From the IMG/VR virus record IMGVR_UViG_3300047201_000017, positions 1-51,795 of that record: a DNA stretch of 51,795 nucleotides; one strand, written 5' to 3'. Made by a program: the position numbers and the translations under genes. The notes under the pieces were generated by a model. The model did no database searches. It saw only the letters and a list, made by a program, of their open reading frames with translations, and was not told the DNA's origin. The stretch comes from a virus (taxonomy: Duplodnaviria; Caudoviricetes). Below, piece by piece: positions 28,101-36,938 of the stretch (position 1 is the first letter of the stretch; every line of letters begins with the position of its first letter).

Positions 28101-29466
28101 TCTTATTAACCTTAGTGGTGACTTTATCAACTTGTATCGAGTTGATCCTGCAGCCTTTTCCAAACTTCCAAAAGCACTTATTGAGTTGTCTAAACAGAAA
28201 TGGTTTGGTGGATCTGATCTTATAAGGTTAGCTGATAAGTTAGATGTTACTACTTCTGGATATATTAAGTCTGATGCTCCACTAAGCCAACAGGAGTTTT
28301 TAAGATTTTCTAGCGATCTTCAACAGTTGTATGGTGGTACGATAGGTAAAACAAGAGAGTTCTGGCGTGACGTCCTTGATCTTCGTGAATCTACTCCTAG
28401 AGTAGCGGCGTTCTTCCAAAATTTAGAAAGAATTCAAAAGGGTGAAACATTAAAGACAATAGACTTTCCTCCAGAAGTAATAAAGGCATTATCCAAAGAA
28501 AGACTTTCTGCTAAGTCAGCTAGAGAGTTTACTGTTGACTATGGTAAATTTACACCAGAAGAAAACTCTATGATGCGTGGATTATTATTTCCATTTTATT
28601 CATGGACTCGTCAGAATGTACCAAACTGGGCAAAATATGCTATTAAACATCCACTTGGTCTCGCCATAAAGTTTGGTATTTTTTACGAAGCAATTGAGGT
28701 TTGGAATAACTCAATGTATTCAGATATAGAGAAAAATCTTACCAAGTATCAAAGAAATACTACTCATATTATTACTGGATACAAGGATAAAGATGGTAAA
28801 GATATTATATTAAGTATTAAGGGAGATCCACTTAAAGATGCTATGGAAGTAGTTGGATTGGGAGGAACGATTTCTAGACTATCCGACTTGATAACACAAA
28901 GAATTAATTTATCAACTGCTACCAAAGATCAATTAACAGATATTGTTATGTCATTGCCTACTAGAACTGGTCAACTATTAACTCCGTTTATTAAAGCACC
29001 CATTGAAGCAGTGGGTGATGTAAGTATGCTTACAGGTACTCCGCTTTATCCAGAAGAGTTTAGAGGTACAACCGAGGCAACTAAAGAAGGTATAAAAAAC
29101 ATTATTGAATCTCTAATACGTCCACTTAGAGAATATGAAACAATTACCGATACATTAAAAAGGGGAGAATTTGATCCATTAACATTTAGGTATCTTGGTG
29201 GTTTGCCATTAACTAAAGTTGATTTAGAGGGAAACAAATTTAAAAAACTTGAATCTGATTATTATAGTCTATTGAATAAATTAATTAATCAAGGAATGAT
29301 CGAACTAGAAGAATTAGACTTTTATAAAAAACTTCCAAAAATAGAACAGAATAGGTGGAAAGGGTATACTATTAACAAAATTAAAACTAATTTTATGTCT
29401 AAATATCCACCTCCTGCATCCAGAAAGGAAAAGATGGTTAAAGGATTGATTGAATCGATAAAATAG
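25126..29466 (+). CDS. Large ejection/polyvalent protein with inserted ART-like modules
   Basis: 1446 aa; C-terminal AREFTVDYGKFT..E...RGLLFPFYSW motif of large polyvalent/DNA-transfer proteins; internal modules at 25960-26850. Confidence 0.7.
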   Translation: MNELPAWDEITISPSFTKLDQKQKRSVYQNYLKDLGQLNVWKGLAPNQKVQVARQMEIDSGLYKEEPRPSIIEPIKETAKEVWQRTKAAPEVALTLATGLLAYPISAVGELGALAVTTPETAKQYGEYLTEHYTWQPRGKEAQEAVQTAGPIISAPFIPAEKVGETVEKKYGTYWGIIAKRGTEALTMALMSYVGTAIKTLKSVTEANKFKSELKSVIDQKPTPEAKIETVRTIVEKVNKEKVKSPMKVIAEEKVVKPTPKVESIAKEIPKPPMEPGKLEGTIVYRGGETTLDYLKGTKEGISVSTKKEIAEIFMSPEGGIVSEALLPKGAKILKESEIPKNMQNAYINEAQKLASMGMDLSISDVAFENLRKSVLSKQRTIVNYARSKGYDAVDFPFENEIRIIKPGVLKEVPKPPVQPGKVVPKEPWEMTREEFNKSLPVEKENLYVYFSNHLPSRNLRSDKPVTGGKEPGLSVFDVSENVEGEFRIGGGYAEEYLPAFIKNRKAWLVKGDFAGIGSDGETTLKNTKIIAQIHPIEGERDWFRLGEHKDVIEQAISEGKSVPPEVLKDYPDLIPNSPLEPGKIGELGKIDEVIAKNKDEVVQSRIQESQKGQLTIGRKPKEPSIKTGVLEVDAVLNTTKGSFIANQKDKILNSVNKFNKTTQFEYVIKDFPGLVDDFRLFQTERRASIGKAFDALDGVLGKLKTRNEYKVFNQAVVLEDFAERSSKGLTVPGNLTLDQINIAKSGIAKQITPEIQNAVNKHLELVGAMRDDLVSHGKIGEDQGFTNYYPHVVLDYLWNKEAQIVTPKKGKVPYRGYTKEAYGSAREIQTDYLDAMTKRLSQYFYDNAKEDFIRNTVAKYDQTEKLFSQIKTKYKFSEDRKLMPGEVFEINNKRYKTFQPETGNYVYPATTITEKAIGKVVSGQVDIEDIKLGEALAIGRKKPIYLLDEAIANRLEKFSSSPSELEILRTLNKLTSKWKGLTIDFGGTAWNLINLSGDFINLYRVDPAAFSKLPKALIELSKQKWFGGSDLIRLADKLDVTTSGYIKSDAPLSQQEFLRFSSDLQQLYGGTIGKTREFWRDVLDLRESTPRVAAFFQNLERIQKGETLKTIDFPPEVIKALSKERLSAKSAREFTVDYGKFTPEENSMMRGLLFPFYSWTRQNVPNWAKYAIKHPLGLAIKFGIFYEAIEVWNNSMYSDIEKNLTKYQRNTTHIITGYKDKDGKDIILSIKGDPLKDAMEVVGLGGTISRLSDLITQRINLSTATKDQLTDIVMSLPTRTGQLLTPFIKAPIEAVGDVSMLTGTPLYPEEFRGTTEATKEGIKNIIESLIRPLREYETITDTLKRGEFDPLTFRYLGGLPLTKVDLEGNKFKKLESDYYSLLNKLINQGMIELEELDFYKKLPKIEQNRWKGYTINKIKTNFMSKYPPPASRKEKMVKGLIESIK
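25924..26877 (+). repeat. Three imperfect ~30-36 bp direct repeats encoding (I/V)PxxPx(E/Q)PGK linkers
   Basis: 25924-25959, 26356-26391 and 26848-26877 share TCCC(C)AA...CCC...AACCTGGSAAG. Confidence 0.75.
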
Positions 29467-29474
29467 GAGTCATT

Positions 29475-29726
29475 ATGGGACCGACATGGAAAGTAATAGC
29501 AATCGCATCATTTGGTGCTTTAGTAGGAATTATTGTATGGGTATTTACTTCATTTAGTGCAGACCTTAGAAGTTTGGATATTAAGAAGGTTGATCGGGTA
29601 GAGTATTATCAAGACATAGAAGACATTAAAAGCAGGTTGGATGTACTGTTAGCATTGCATTTAAAGAATAATACGACACCCACAACACCTAAGAAAACTC
29701 CAGACGATCTTTCATATTATAAATAA
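29475..29726 (+). CDS. Single-TM holin-like/lysis protein
   Basis: One N-terminal TM helix plus coiled coil; directly upstream of endolysin. Confidence 0.5.
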   Translation: MGPTWKVIAIASFGALVGIIVWVFTSFSADLRSLDIKKVDRVEYYQDIEDIKSRLDVLLALHLKNNTTPTTPKKTPDDLSYYK

Positions 29727-29732
29727 AGTTGG

Positions 29733-30080
29733 GTGAAAGATAGGATTGAATTTCTAATGAGTAAACGAACAGATTTCAGTATAGCATTAGCAAGATTGAT
29801 AATTCATGCCGATGAACTTGGTTACTTATCTATGATTGATTATGTTAAGAGATCAACAGAAGAACAACAGAGATTGTTTAAACTGAAACTGTCTAAATGC
29901 GATGGCATAAAGAATCGGAGTTACCATCAAAATGCCCAAGCGGGAGATGTTTATTTTTCTAAGAAGGATACTCCAGGAGTAATTAACTACAATATTTGTG
30001 CAGAGATGCACGAATACTGGATATCGCTTGGCGGTGAACCAATGATAGACTGGGACAAGTCTCATTTTGAATTAAGATAA
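29733..30080 (+). CDS. Endolysin, peptidase M15C (L-Ala-D-Glu peptidase) type
   Basis: RSTEEQ, SYH...AGD, WISLGG, WDKSHFEL zinc-binding motifs. Confidence 0.85.
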   Translation: MKDRIEFLMSKRTDFSIALARLIIHADELGYLSMIDYVKRSTEEQQRLFKLKLSKCDGIKNRSYHQNAQAGDVYFSKKDTPGVINYNICAEMHEYWISLGGEPMIDWDKSHFELR

Positions 30081-30112
30081 TACATCGGAATGTCCCATTT
30101 TAAGGTAGATGA

Positions 30113-30141
30113 ATTATATCTCAACATTTGGGATTTGTCAA
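30113..30141 (-). promoter_or_regulatory. Perfect-consensus sigma70 promoter firing antisense into the endolysin gene
   Basis: TTGACA (30141-30136), 17 nt, TATAAT (30118-30113). Confidence 0.75.
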
Positions 30142-30144
30142 ATT

Positions 30145-30729
30145 TTATGATTCTATTCCGTTCCCCCATTGATTCCATCCCTCTCTTTTGTGGCGTGCGA
30201 AAACTTCAAGATAAGGACCTGGGCTACATGCTTCAATAATTGGATAGAGTTCGTCAGGTTTATGCGAATGTTCTCTTTTGCGTGATGATATGATGTTGAC
30301 CTGCCTTCTTCCGGGTTGGAAAGTTCTAAGGTGACCCCTGACTCCAAATAAGACAACCTCTGTTACGTTACGGAAATAAAATCCTACACCTCTTCCGTCA
30401 GGCCCTCCATCCTTACGGATTTTATACCAGATAATATTTGTCTTGTAAGTGAATCCCCATCGCTTCATTACCTCCAAACCTTCCAGGATGAGAGCATTAG
30501 GAATCCAAAGGTAAAGATGGCTTTGGGGTAATACAAGCTGTGCAATAGGAAGTTCATTAATCTCCTGGAAAGTCATGGTAGGGTATCTTGATAGTCTTTT
30601 ATGTTCTGGTGCCATTTTCCCAGTCCGGTTGGCAAAACGCCATGGCGGATCGGCAAGGATAGTTCCGAATTTTCCAAAACCTTGAGACAACAAATCTTCT
30701 GTTGCGGATTTTTCAGGATTCTTCGTCAT
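30145..30729 (-). CDS. MT-A70 family N6-adenine DNA methyltransferase
   Basis: ILADPPW, HLYLW, KREHSHKPDE, YLEVFAR; probable start ATG 30729 overlapping the REase remnant. Confidence 0.9.
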   Translation of the reverse strand: MTKNPEKSATEDLLSQGFGKFGTILADPPWRFANRTGKMAPEHKRLSRYPTMTFQEINELPIAQLVLPQSHLYLWIPNALILEGLEVMKRWGFTYKTNIIWYKIRKDGGPDGRGVGFYFRNVTEVVLFGVRGHLRTFQPGRRQVNIISSRKREHSHKPDELYPIIEACSPGPYLEVFARHKREGWNQWGNGIES

Positions 30730-30892
30730 ATAATGCTTTTGAGATTCCAAACACAAGGATTGGGCATCCTCCGCCTCCACCGCCTTCAATACGGGGCAAA
30801 AGTTTTCCCATCCATGTTGTTGACATTCCGAATTTGTCCCATATTTCTTTTCCAAGGTTTTTAAACACTGGAATTAAGTCATCGGAATACAT
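30713..30892 (-). pseudogene. C-terminal remnant (59 aa) of a BglII/BstYI-family type II restriction endonuclease
   Basis: MYSDDLIPVFKNLGKEIWDKFGMSTTWMGKLLPRIEGGGGGGCPILVFGISKALYDEES*; STT.M.KLLPRIEGGGGGGCPILVFGI recalled as the C-terminus of REases paired with MT-A70 genes. Confidence 0.75.
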
Positions 30893-30944
30893 TTATCCAT
30901 GTTGATATTGACGATTCACTTCCCCAAGATGTGTGTTGGTATTA

Positions 30945-31151
30945 TTAACAATATCCAATTGTTTTATAAAATTTATTAACCTCTTCAACTATTTCTCTTC
31001 TTACTTTTTTACATCTTTTGCATAGATATGTATGTATATACCTTTTATTAGATAACTCAAAAGCTGAGTCTTTAACAAACCGATAATCATGTCCTATTAA
31101 CTTACATAATATTTTCATAATCTCTATACCTCTTTTCAAAATACTTTTCAC
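30945..31151 (-). CDS. Small Cys/His protein (CxxxGH...CxxC)
   Basis: ILCKLIGHDY...CKRC; start may be the internal ATG. Confidence 0.55.
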   Translation of the reverse strand: MKSILKRGIEIMKILCKLIGHDYRFVKDSAFELSNKRYIHTYLCKRCKKVRREIVEEVNKFYKTIGYC

Positions 31152-31440
31152 GTTCTCTTGTCTTTTGCCTATTGATACTGCATTCCTCTGAGCATGTCAC
31201 CTGGTTGTGACTGTTGCCAAACTCAAAGAATTTACCACATACAACACAGTTTATCCCACGATAATACTGCTTTTGTGGTCTAATACTTATGTCGATATTG
31301 TATGACGGCGTTCCAATAGGCTTGTAGTCCCATAAGGAATATCCACATATAGGACAGTAGTTTCTTCCTACCATAAATCCATAATTGTATACTGGTAAAT
31401 CAGTGAATGTTATTTGACTATTACATTTTGGGCATGGCAT
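31102..31440 (-). CDS. Multi zinc-finger protein
   Basis: CPKC, CPIC, CVVC, CSEEC; SD GGAG before ATG 31440. Confidence 0.6.
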   Translation of the reverse strand: MPCPKCNSQITFTDLPVYNYGFMVGRNYCPICGYSLWDYKPIGTPSYNIDISIRPQKQYYRGINCVVCGKFFEFGNSHNQVTCSEECSINRQKTREREKYFEKRYRDYENIM

Positions 31441-31450
31441 ATTATTCTCC

Positions 31451-32664
31451 TTATTCCCAAGTAAATGTGATTCTATGTTCGTCTTCATTAACTATTACTT
31501 TCTTAGTAATCCATCGTTCTCCATTCCAATATTTGACTTTTTCTTTGGATACAACGTACCAATACAAATTATCCATTGGCCTGTCGCCCATGACTTTTTT
31601 CCATCTTTTGTTAATTAGGAATTGTTTTATCCAATTACTTAACATTTAGGTTATCTTCTCCTTGTTTAAGAAATTCATAAACAGCATTGGCAAAACGGTC
31701 TGGATTAATAAATTCTGTTTCAATATTGCATTCATATCCAGTATAAAAATGCCCAACAACATCTAAAAAATCATTCAACCACTTCTGTCTAATTACAAAT
31801 TCCCAAAGTTCCCCAAACCTTTGCCAAGTGGAGAAATCAATAAATTCTTTGTTTGATATTTGGAATTCAGCCGTATTCTTTGGTGTAACTACCCAATATC
31901 CATCTAGAAATTTATTACATTTAAAACACCTTATTGAAGTATGTTTATCTTCCTTATCTACTCCATGCCAACACTTTTCCATTGCTTCGGTTAGAAATTT
32001 GTCTCTTACATTTTTATCTACCATTTATATCACTCCTTAATTGTAGTAAAATCCATCGTAGGCATCACCATTACATTCGTCAATTATTTCATGGGGTATA
32101 TTTTTTAATGCTTCCAATAGATCTTTTCCTGTATCTGTAATCCAAGGACAGCGAATAGATGTTCCATGTTCACAAAGATTAGCATTCTCTAACAATTGAA
32201 TTAATAGATAATATACACCAACATTACCATTAAATAATGTATCGTATCTATTTCGTATTTCCATATTATTTAACCATTCTAGTAATTCACGAATAACTCC
32301 AATTTCTAAATCATGTTCTGAACAACCACAAGAATGAAATTCATTGAAAAGAAATGCCTTTATATTAATTGGTTTTTTAAAATCAATATTATCTACCATT
32401 TGCATGTCTCCTTTTTTTAAGTTCTTGTTGTAATTTCTTAGGACTATATTTTACCCCCCATAAATTCTTAGTTACCCAAAATACAAATTCTTGAACATCA
32501 TCCAAATCTTTACCAGTTGCTTTGTCAACTAGGAGATTAATAGGAGAAGTAGGAATTAAGAATTGTCTTTTGGTTTCTTTATTAAATTGTGTAACTACTT
32601 CCTTATTTCTTGAAGCCCAATTAATAAAATCTCTCCATGCTATTTCCATATTAATATCTACCAT
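31451..32664 (-). CDS. Run of four small hypothetical early genes (31451-31645, 31635-32024, 32037-32405, 32389-32664)
   Basis: Tightly packed, SD-preceded minus-strand ORFs; no recognisable domain. Confidence 0.55.
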
Positions 32665-32868
32665 TCATCTACCTCCTTCTTATTCCCAAATTCCAGCATC
32701 TTTAAAATTACCATTATCATCAAAATTAAACTTAACACAAAAACCAGAATAACCATCAACTTTAGTAAAACCTACTTCCAAATTTATTTGTTGTTTGTTT
32801 TCGCTAAATCCTAAACCAAATTCCATAAAAAGATTTTCTAATTTCTCTTTATCCGTCATTTTTCCTTC

Positions 32869-34074
32869 TTACCACTCATCAGTTTCTTTCTCATGCTTCT
32901 TCTCTTTGAGTTTGTACGCTTCCGACTTTACGATCATGTCAACGAGGTTTTCCTCCATTCGCCATTCCAATCCACCGTTCTCCATTCTGCGTTCCATCAT
33001 GGATAATGCTTCCATCTCTTCTAAGTAATACGTGGCTGTACTATGTGGCAGACATAACCGTTGACATATATTGGTGTGCTTTGACCACTGGTTATCAAAA
33101 TAGTCACCATCCCACATCATTTGTATAATGGTTCCTCGAATAGGATGGATACTATCATGGGCAATCTTGGCAAGTATTCTATATATATCCGTATCAATTG
33201 TCTTCTTGTCTTGCACAAGAGCAATTCCACATGCAAGGTTCTTTAGTTGTTGTGCTAACCTCGCAGGTGACTCTATCTCTGGCATATAGTCCATGACCCT
33301 TGTGAACCTGTTTCTCGACACGTTGGATCGGCACATGGAAACGTAATCGCATAGGTTAATGAACTTGTCTTTGATGACATTGGAAACGGTAACTACATTG
33401 TTGGCGGGTTGGTCTTCAAATGGGTCTATGAATTGTGACAGGAACTCAGTTACGCAATCCTCTAATTCTTTGCGTATAGTTTCAATCGTTGATGCATTCT
33501 CTTCAGACTTGGCAGCAACCTTCTTCCTGTCCTTGCAGAATATTCTAAAATATACGAACCGTTCACCAATTTCGTGGTTTACAGCGGACTCCTTATAGAT
33601 AGCAGATGTGGTTCCGATAATAAATCCCAAATGTCCTTTCCAGGAGAACCGTACTTTGTTGCCAAACGAACTGTCTACCCGACCATCTGCTATTTCCCGT
33701 ATCTTCTTGATAATCTCCATACGTTTTTCATGTCGTAACCCAAGTATTCCAGAGAACTCCTTGATAGCAATGACTCTAACTCCAGTGTTACTTAGTTCAT
33801 TCAAGAGCGAGTCTTCCCCTTTGGTGTATTTGCCTCCATATCCACTTACAAACGTATTGGGAGTCAGATCTGACAATGGAAATATCTTATTGAATCCAAA
33901 CATGGACTGGATTAACTCGGTCTTGCCACTACCCGAAGGGCCAATGATATATAAGTTGACAGGATTTTGGTCAAGCAAGTTAGATACAACACATCCAAAC
34001 ATTGCATCTAGTACCTCATCATTAGACAGTATGAAATGCTTATTGAATAGTTTCTTTACTTCTTGGAGTTTGAT
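32869..34074 (-). CDS. MCM-like AAA+ ATPase/helicase with C-terminal winged helix; probable ATC start
   Basis: GPSGSGKT Walker A, IAIKEF Walker B, IREIADG, GERF arginine finger, ESPAR; frame open 24 codons upstream of ATG 34002 to an ATC after SD AAGGGGG. Confidence 0.75.
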   Translation of the reverse strand: MKLQEVKKLFNKHFILSNDEVLDAMFGCVVSNLLDQNPVNLYIIGPSGSGKTELIQSMFGFNKIFPLSDLTPNTFVSGYGGKYTKGEDSLLNELSNTGVRVIAIKEFSGILGLRHEKRMEIIKKIREIADGRVDSSFGNKVRFSWKGHLGFIIGTTSAIYKESAVNHEIGERFVYFRIFCKDRKKVAAKSEENASTIETIRKELEDCVTEFLSQFIDPFEDQPANNVVTVSNVIKDKFINLCDYVSMCRSNVSRNRFTRVMDYMPEIESPARLAQQLKNLACGIALVQDKKTIDTDIYRILAKIAHDSIHPIRGTIIQMMWDGDYFDNQWSKHTNICQRLCLPHSTATYYLEEMEALSMMERRMENGGLEWRMEENLVDMIVKSEAYKLKEKKHEKETDEW

Positions 34075-34203
34075 TGTTTCCCCCTTTTAAGTTATTAATA
34101 ATTTCAATCAATTCCAATACCACACGTTTGTCATAGTCACACTCTGAATGGTCTTTGACAAACTGCTTGAATTGGTCTATTTTCTCTAGGCTAATTTTTG
34201 GTT

Positions 34204-34458
34204 TCATGCTCCTCCAAAATGGTTTCTGCTAATGAAGTTTGCGTATTGGGGGCACAACTTCATTTCGGGCACGGGTAGTTTATTTCCGTTATATTTACGA
34301 CTCGACTCGTTTCCAAATCGCCCTATTGACTCCATAACTCCCGAAGAGCATTTACTCCGGCCTAATTGCTGCTTACCGTTCATGGATAGGGATGCTCCCA
34401 AATTGTTTTCAATTGGGTTTGTGGTTCTAACGGATTTTATCTTATCCTCCCAATGCAT
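34204..34458 (-). CDS. Hypothetical protein
   Basis: Fills the gap in the early operon; no motif. Confidence 0.35.
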   Translation of the reverse strand: MHWEDKIKSVRTTNPIENNLGASLSMNGKQQLGRSKCSSGVMESIGRFGNESSRKYNGNKLPVPEMKLCPQYANFISRNHFGGA

Positions 34459-34518
34459 AGCCTAATCGCCCCAAATTTCCGAGAAGGATGTCCTTCAACA
34501 GAAACCATTTCAAAAAAG

Positions 34519-35658
34519 TTATTTAACCATGCAAATGACATCCTCAAAATCAATTCTTGGAGATCCTTTCTTTTCGGCTAGTCGCCTAAAGAAAGACTTT
34601 CTTTCAGTGATTATCTTCTCATCTTCTCCAAACAGATTCCCTTTTGTGCCGTGATCCTGTATCAATGAGGCTTGATGCCAACAGACAATCTTAAATCCTA
34701 CCGATTCGCATAGGGTTGCCCAACGATCGGAAAATGGAACAATTTGTTTATTATTTATATAATTTTTCGTTACCCATATCGCATGACCTCCTGGTTTCAA
34801 TAGGTCATAGCATCCCTGCACTATTTCTTTGCTTGCCTGCCAGAAGGTATCACCGGAAGTGTTGCCGAGGTTGTTTAAATCATCAGAATAACTTCCAGAT
34901 AGACCGTCAAGGCTAATATTTTTATGTTTAAGACGATCATGCTTACAGTTAGATTTTGAAAGGTCCAATCCGTGACCAGAGGATGATATCGCATTTTCAT
35001 ACGGCGGACTACTCACCACGGCATCAAATTGACCCTCCTTCATGGAACCGAGTTGTCCGGGTGATTGACCATAAGGTCTTTTTATATTTGCATAACCCTC
35101 ATCTAATTTTTTCTTCCAGGAAGGTCTGTAGTTTGGGTTATCGGGATTCCCTCGATCATTACTTGTCATGTGGGTTTGCTCTACTGGAGTTTGAGCATAA
35201 GGCGGACTTGATACAATTAACCCCGCTTCCGAGCGCCTTTTGCCCATATTTTCTGCCTTAAAAGAGTCATTCCTATTTATTTCCAATAACTTAGAAAGAG
35301 CGCCTTTTAGATTTCTTGAATCCCCCTGAATAATCCTTGCCGTCCCCAAATTCGGCCAATCCCTGAACTTGCGATTCCAAAGGTCAATGTTCTGCTGGCC
35401 TAACTTTACGAATTTAGGCTCCAACTCTATCCCGATCCAATTTAGGCCATTGATAAGGCTATGGAGGGCACCAAGGGCAACCCCCCCAAATGGATCAATT
35501 ACTGTATCTCCAGCTTTCACCCACCCCATTTTTAAGACGTGGTCATAGATTTTGCCTATTAAAGCACAAGAAAATTTGGCTGGATGGCAAAACGCCTCTG
35601 GTACTATGTTCCCTTGCCAACCGCTGGTATAACATCCATTCCAAATGTCTTTATTCAT
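34519..35658 (-). CDS. Amino (N4-C/N6-A) DNA methyltransferase with duplicated SPPY motif
   Basis: HPAKF, DPFGG (motif I), GIELE, QGDSR, IVSSPPY and VVSSPPY, LLKPGG. Confidence 0.85.
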   Translation of the reverse strand: MNKDIWNGCYTSGWQGNIVPEAFCHPAKFSCALIGKIYDHVLKMGWVKAGDTVIDPFGGVALGALHSLINGLNWIGIELEPKFVKLGQQNIDLWNRKFRDWPNLGTARIIQGDSRNLKGALSKLLEINRNDSFKAENMGKRRSEAGLIVSSPPYAQTPVEQTHMTSNDRGNPDNPNYRPSWKKKLDEGYANIKRPYGQSPGQLGSMKEGQFDAVVSSPPYENAISSSGHGLDLSKSNCKHDRLKHKNISLDGLSGSYSDDLNNLGNTSGDTFWQASKEIVQGCYDLLKPGGHAIWVTKNYINNKQIVPFSDRWATLCESVGFKIVCWHQASLIQDHGTKGNLFGEDEKIITERKSFFRRLAEKKGSPRIDFEDVICMVK

Positions 35659-35676
35659 CTTTAGTCTCTAAATAGG

Positions 35677-35761
35677 TAGCAAGCACAGAGCCTAGTTGGT
35701 AAGGAGGATGAACCAACTTTGGCTAAAGGATAGCCAGGTGGGAATTGCTCTATGCTTGCTA
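35677..35761 (-). ncRNA. Three-way-junction structured element upstream of the methyltransferase
   Basis: 15-bp outer stem TAGCAAGCATAGAGC/GCTCTGTGCTTGCTA enclosing two hairpins. Confidence 0.5.
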
Positions 35762-35764
35762 TAG

Positions 35765-35956
35765 TTAATATTCATTAACTTCTCTACGTTGAACATAATT
35801 ACACTTTAAACAGTATCGTTTTTGCCAATATCTTTCATCTTTAATTGGATTTTCGTATTTGGTAAATAATTCGGTTGTATAAATATATCTTACTAAGGCA
35901 TATTCTTCCCACTTACTCCACTTATGAAATATACACATTGGTTTCCTCCTATACAT
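35765..35956 (-). CDS. Small Cys/His hypothetical protein
   Basis: CIFHKWSKW...QKRYCLKC. Confidence 0.55.
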   Translation of the reverse strand: MYRRKPMCIFHKWSKWEEYALVRYIYTTELFTKYENPIKDERYWQKRYCLKCNYVQRREVNEY

Positions 35957-36031
35957 GCCTTGATATTATTAACTATTTTATTATGCCTAATACAATTACC
36001 CTACTTTATAATAAAGTCTTGAATTTAAGTC

Positions 36032-36271
36032 CTATGGTACATGAGATTTTGTCATCTTTTTAAGATAGTCATGGTCATTTTTCTTCCATACACCATTTTT
36101 AAGAAACATGTCACAATCATCTGGGTCTTTGCATTTGCCAAAAGCTCTATGCCTGTCAAAATTGCCAACAGTAGAGAAAGTACGATGGCAAATCGTACAA
36201 TGAGCATAGTGTAAACTTCTCCACTTTTCTTTACATTTAATGCAATATCCCATTATTATTAGCCTTTTCAA
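36032..36271 (-). CDS. Phage FDXHR-type zinc-binding protein
   Basis: HCTICHRTFSTVGNFDRHR..GKC.DP. Confidence 0.7.
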   Translation of the reverse strand: MKRLIIMGYCIKCKEKWRSLHYAHCTICHRTFSTVGNFDRHRAFGKCKDPDDCDMFLKNGVWKKNDHDYLKKMTKSHVP

Positions 36272-36434
36272 ATATGTATTTCGTATATCTCCCCTTCTTC
36301 ATAGGATCTACGATGGTCACAAATTGCCACACATGTTGTACCATCAGATAAATCAAACACATCAAGAATCTCTATTTCATGGTTGTCAATTAACTGTTTT
36401 AACTCTTCAATATTCTTAGGTTTTTCTGGTGTCA

Positions 36435-36938
36435 CTAATTTCCTTCCCTTTTGATTTGGAAAAACTTAACAAAACGTGAAAGTATCCAATCCTCCAACTC
36501 ACTCCTTTTAGGCTGGTAATAAACAGGTATTCCTAAACGAACTTCAATACTTACAAGTGATGCTCTAACTGCAACGGGGTTCATGTCGCTGAACTCCTGC
36601 CAGCATTGGGACTCGTATTCGGTACCCTCAACCACTAACCACTTCCTTTCGTACCCTTGTAACCTCTCCAGTTCCTTCTTAAATCGCTCTCTTTCTACTC
36701 CTAATGATAAGTACAGGTCAGACAAAGACTTTCTTTCTATGGCTATTTGGTGCTCGAATCCACGTATAGAATAATCACCGCTTTCCAACTTATCTCTTGT
36801 AATAAGTAATCCTTTTGGCGGCTTCTTAAACAACCGATCATTCTCACGAGTGTCTATTACCAAAACAAAGTCCTCTGGATACTTTAGTTTTAAGTCTGGT
36901 CTGGTTCCAATTAACTCGTTCTTGGTTTTAATCCTCAG
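36435..36938 (-). CDS. ERCC4/XPF-domain nuclease; probable CTG start
   Basis: VIDTRE, L.SGDYS, ERKS..DL, LVVEG; SD AAGGAG 6 nt before in-frame CTG at 36938. Confidence 0.85.
   Translation of the reverse strand: MRIKTKNELIGTRPDLKLKYPEDFVLVIDTRENDRLFKKPPKGLLITRDKLESGDYSIRGFEHQIAIERKSLSDLYLSLGVERERFKKELERLQGYERKWLVVEGTEYESQCWQEFSDMNPVAVRASLVSIEVRLGIPVYYQPKRSELEDWILSRFVKFFQIKREGN

Noticed and set aside
29853-30065. Minus-strand ORF as target of the 30141 promoter
   Set aside because: Fully antisense to the endolysin, with no SD and no protein-like motif.
30730-30855. 42-aa N-terminal extension of MT-A70 given in the ORF track
   Set aside because: It is an alternative frame of the restriction-enzyme remnant; the true start is probably ATG 30729.
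34076-34082. G_GGA_AAC -1 slippery heptamer upstream of the helicase
   Set aside because: A -1 shift from the upstream ORF meets a stop within a few codons; the helicase is in the +1 frame.
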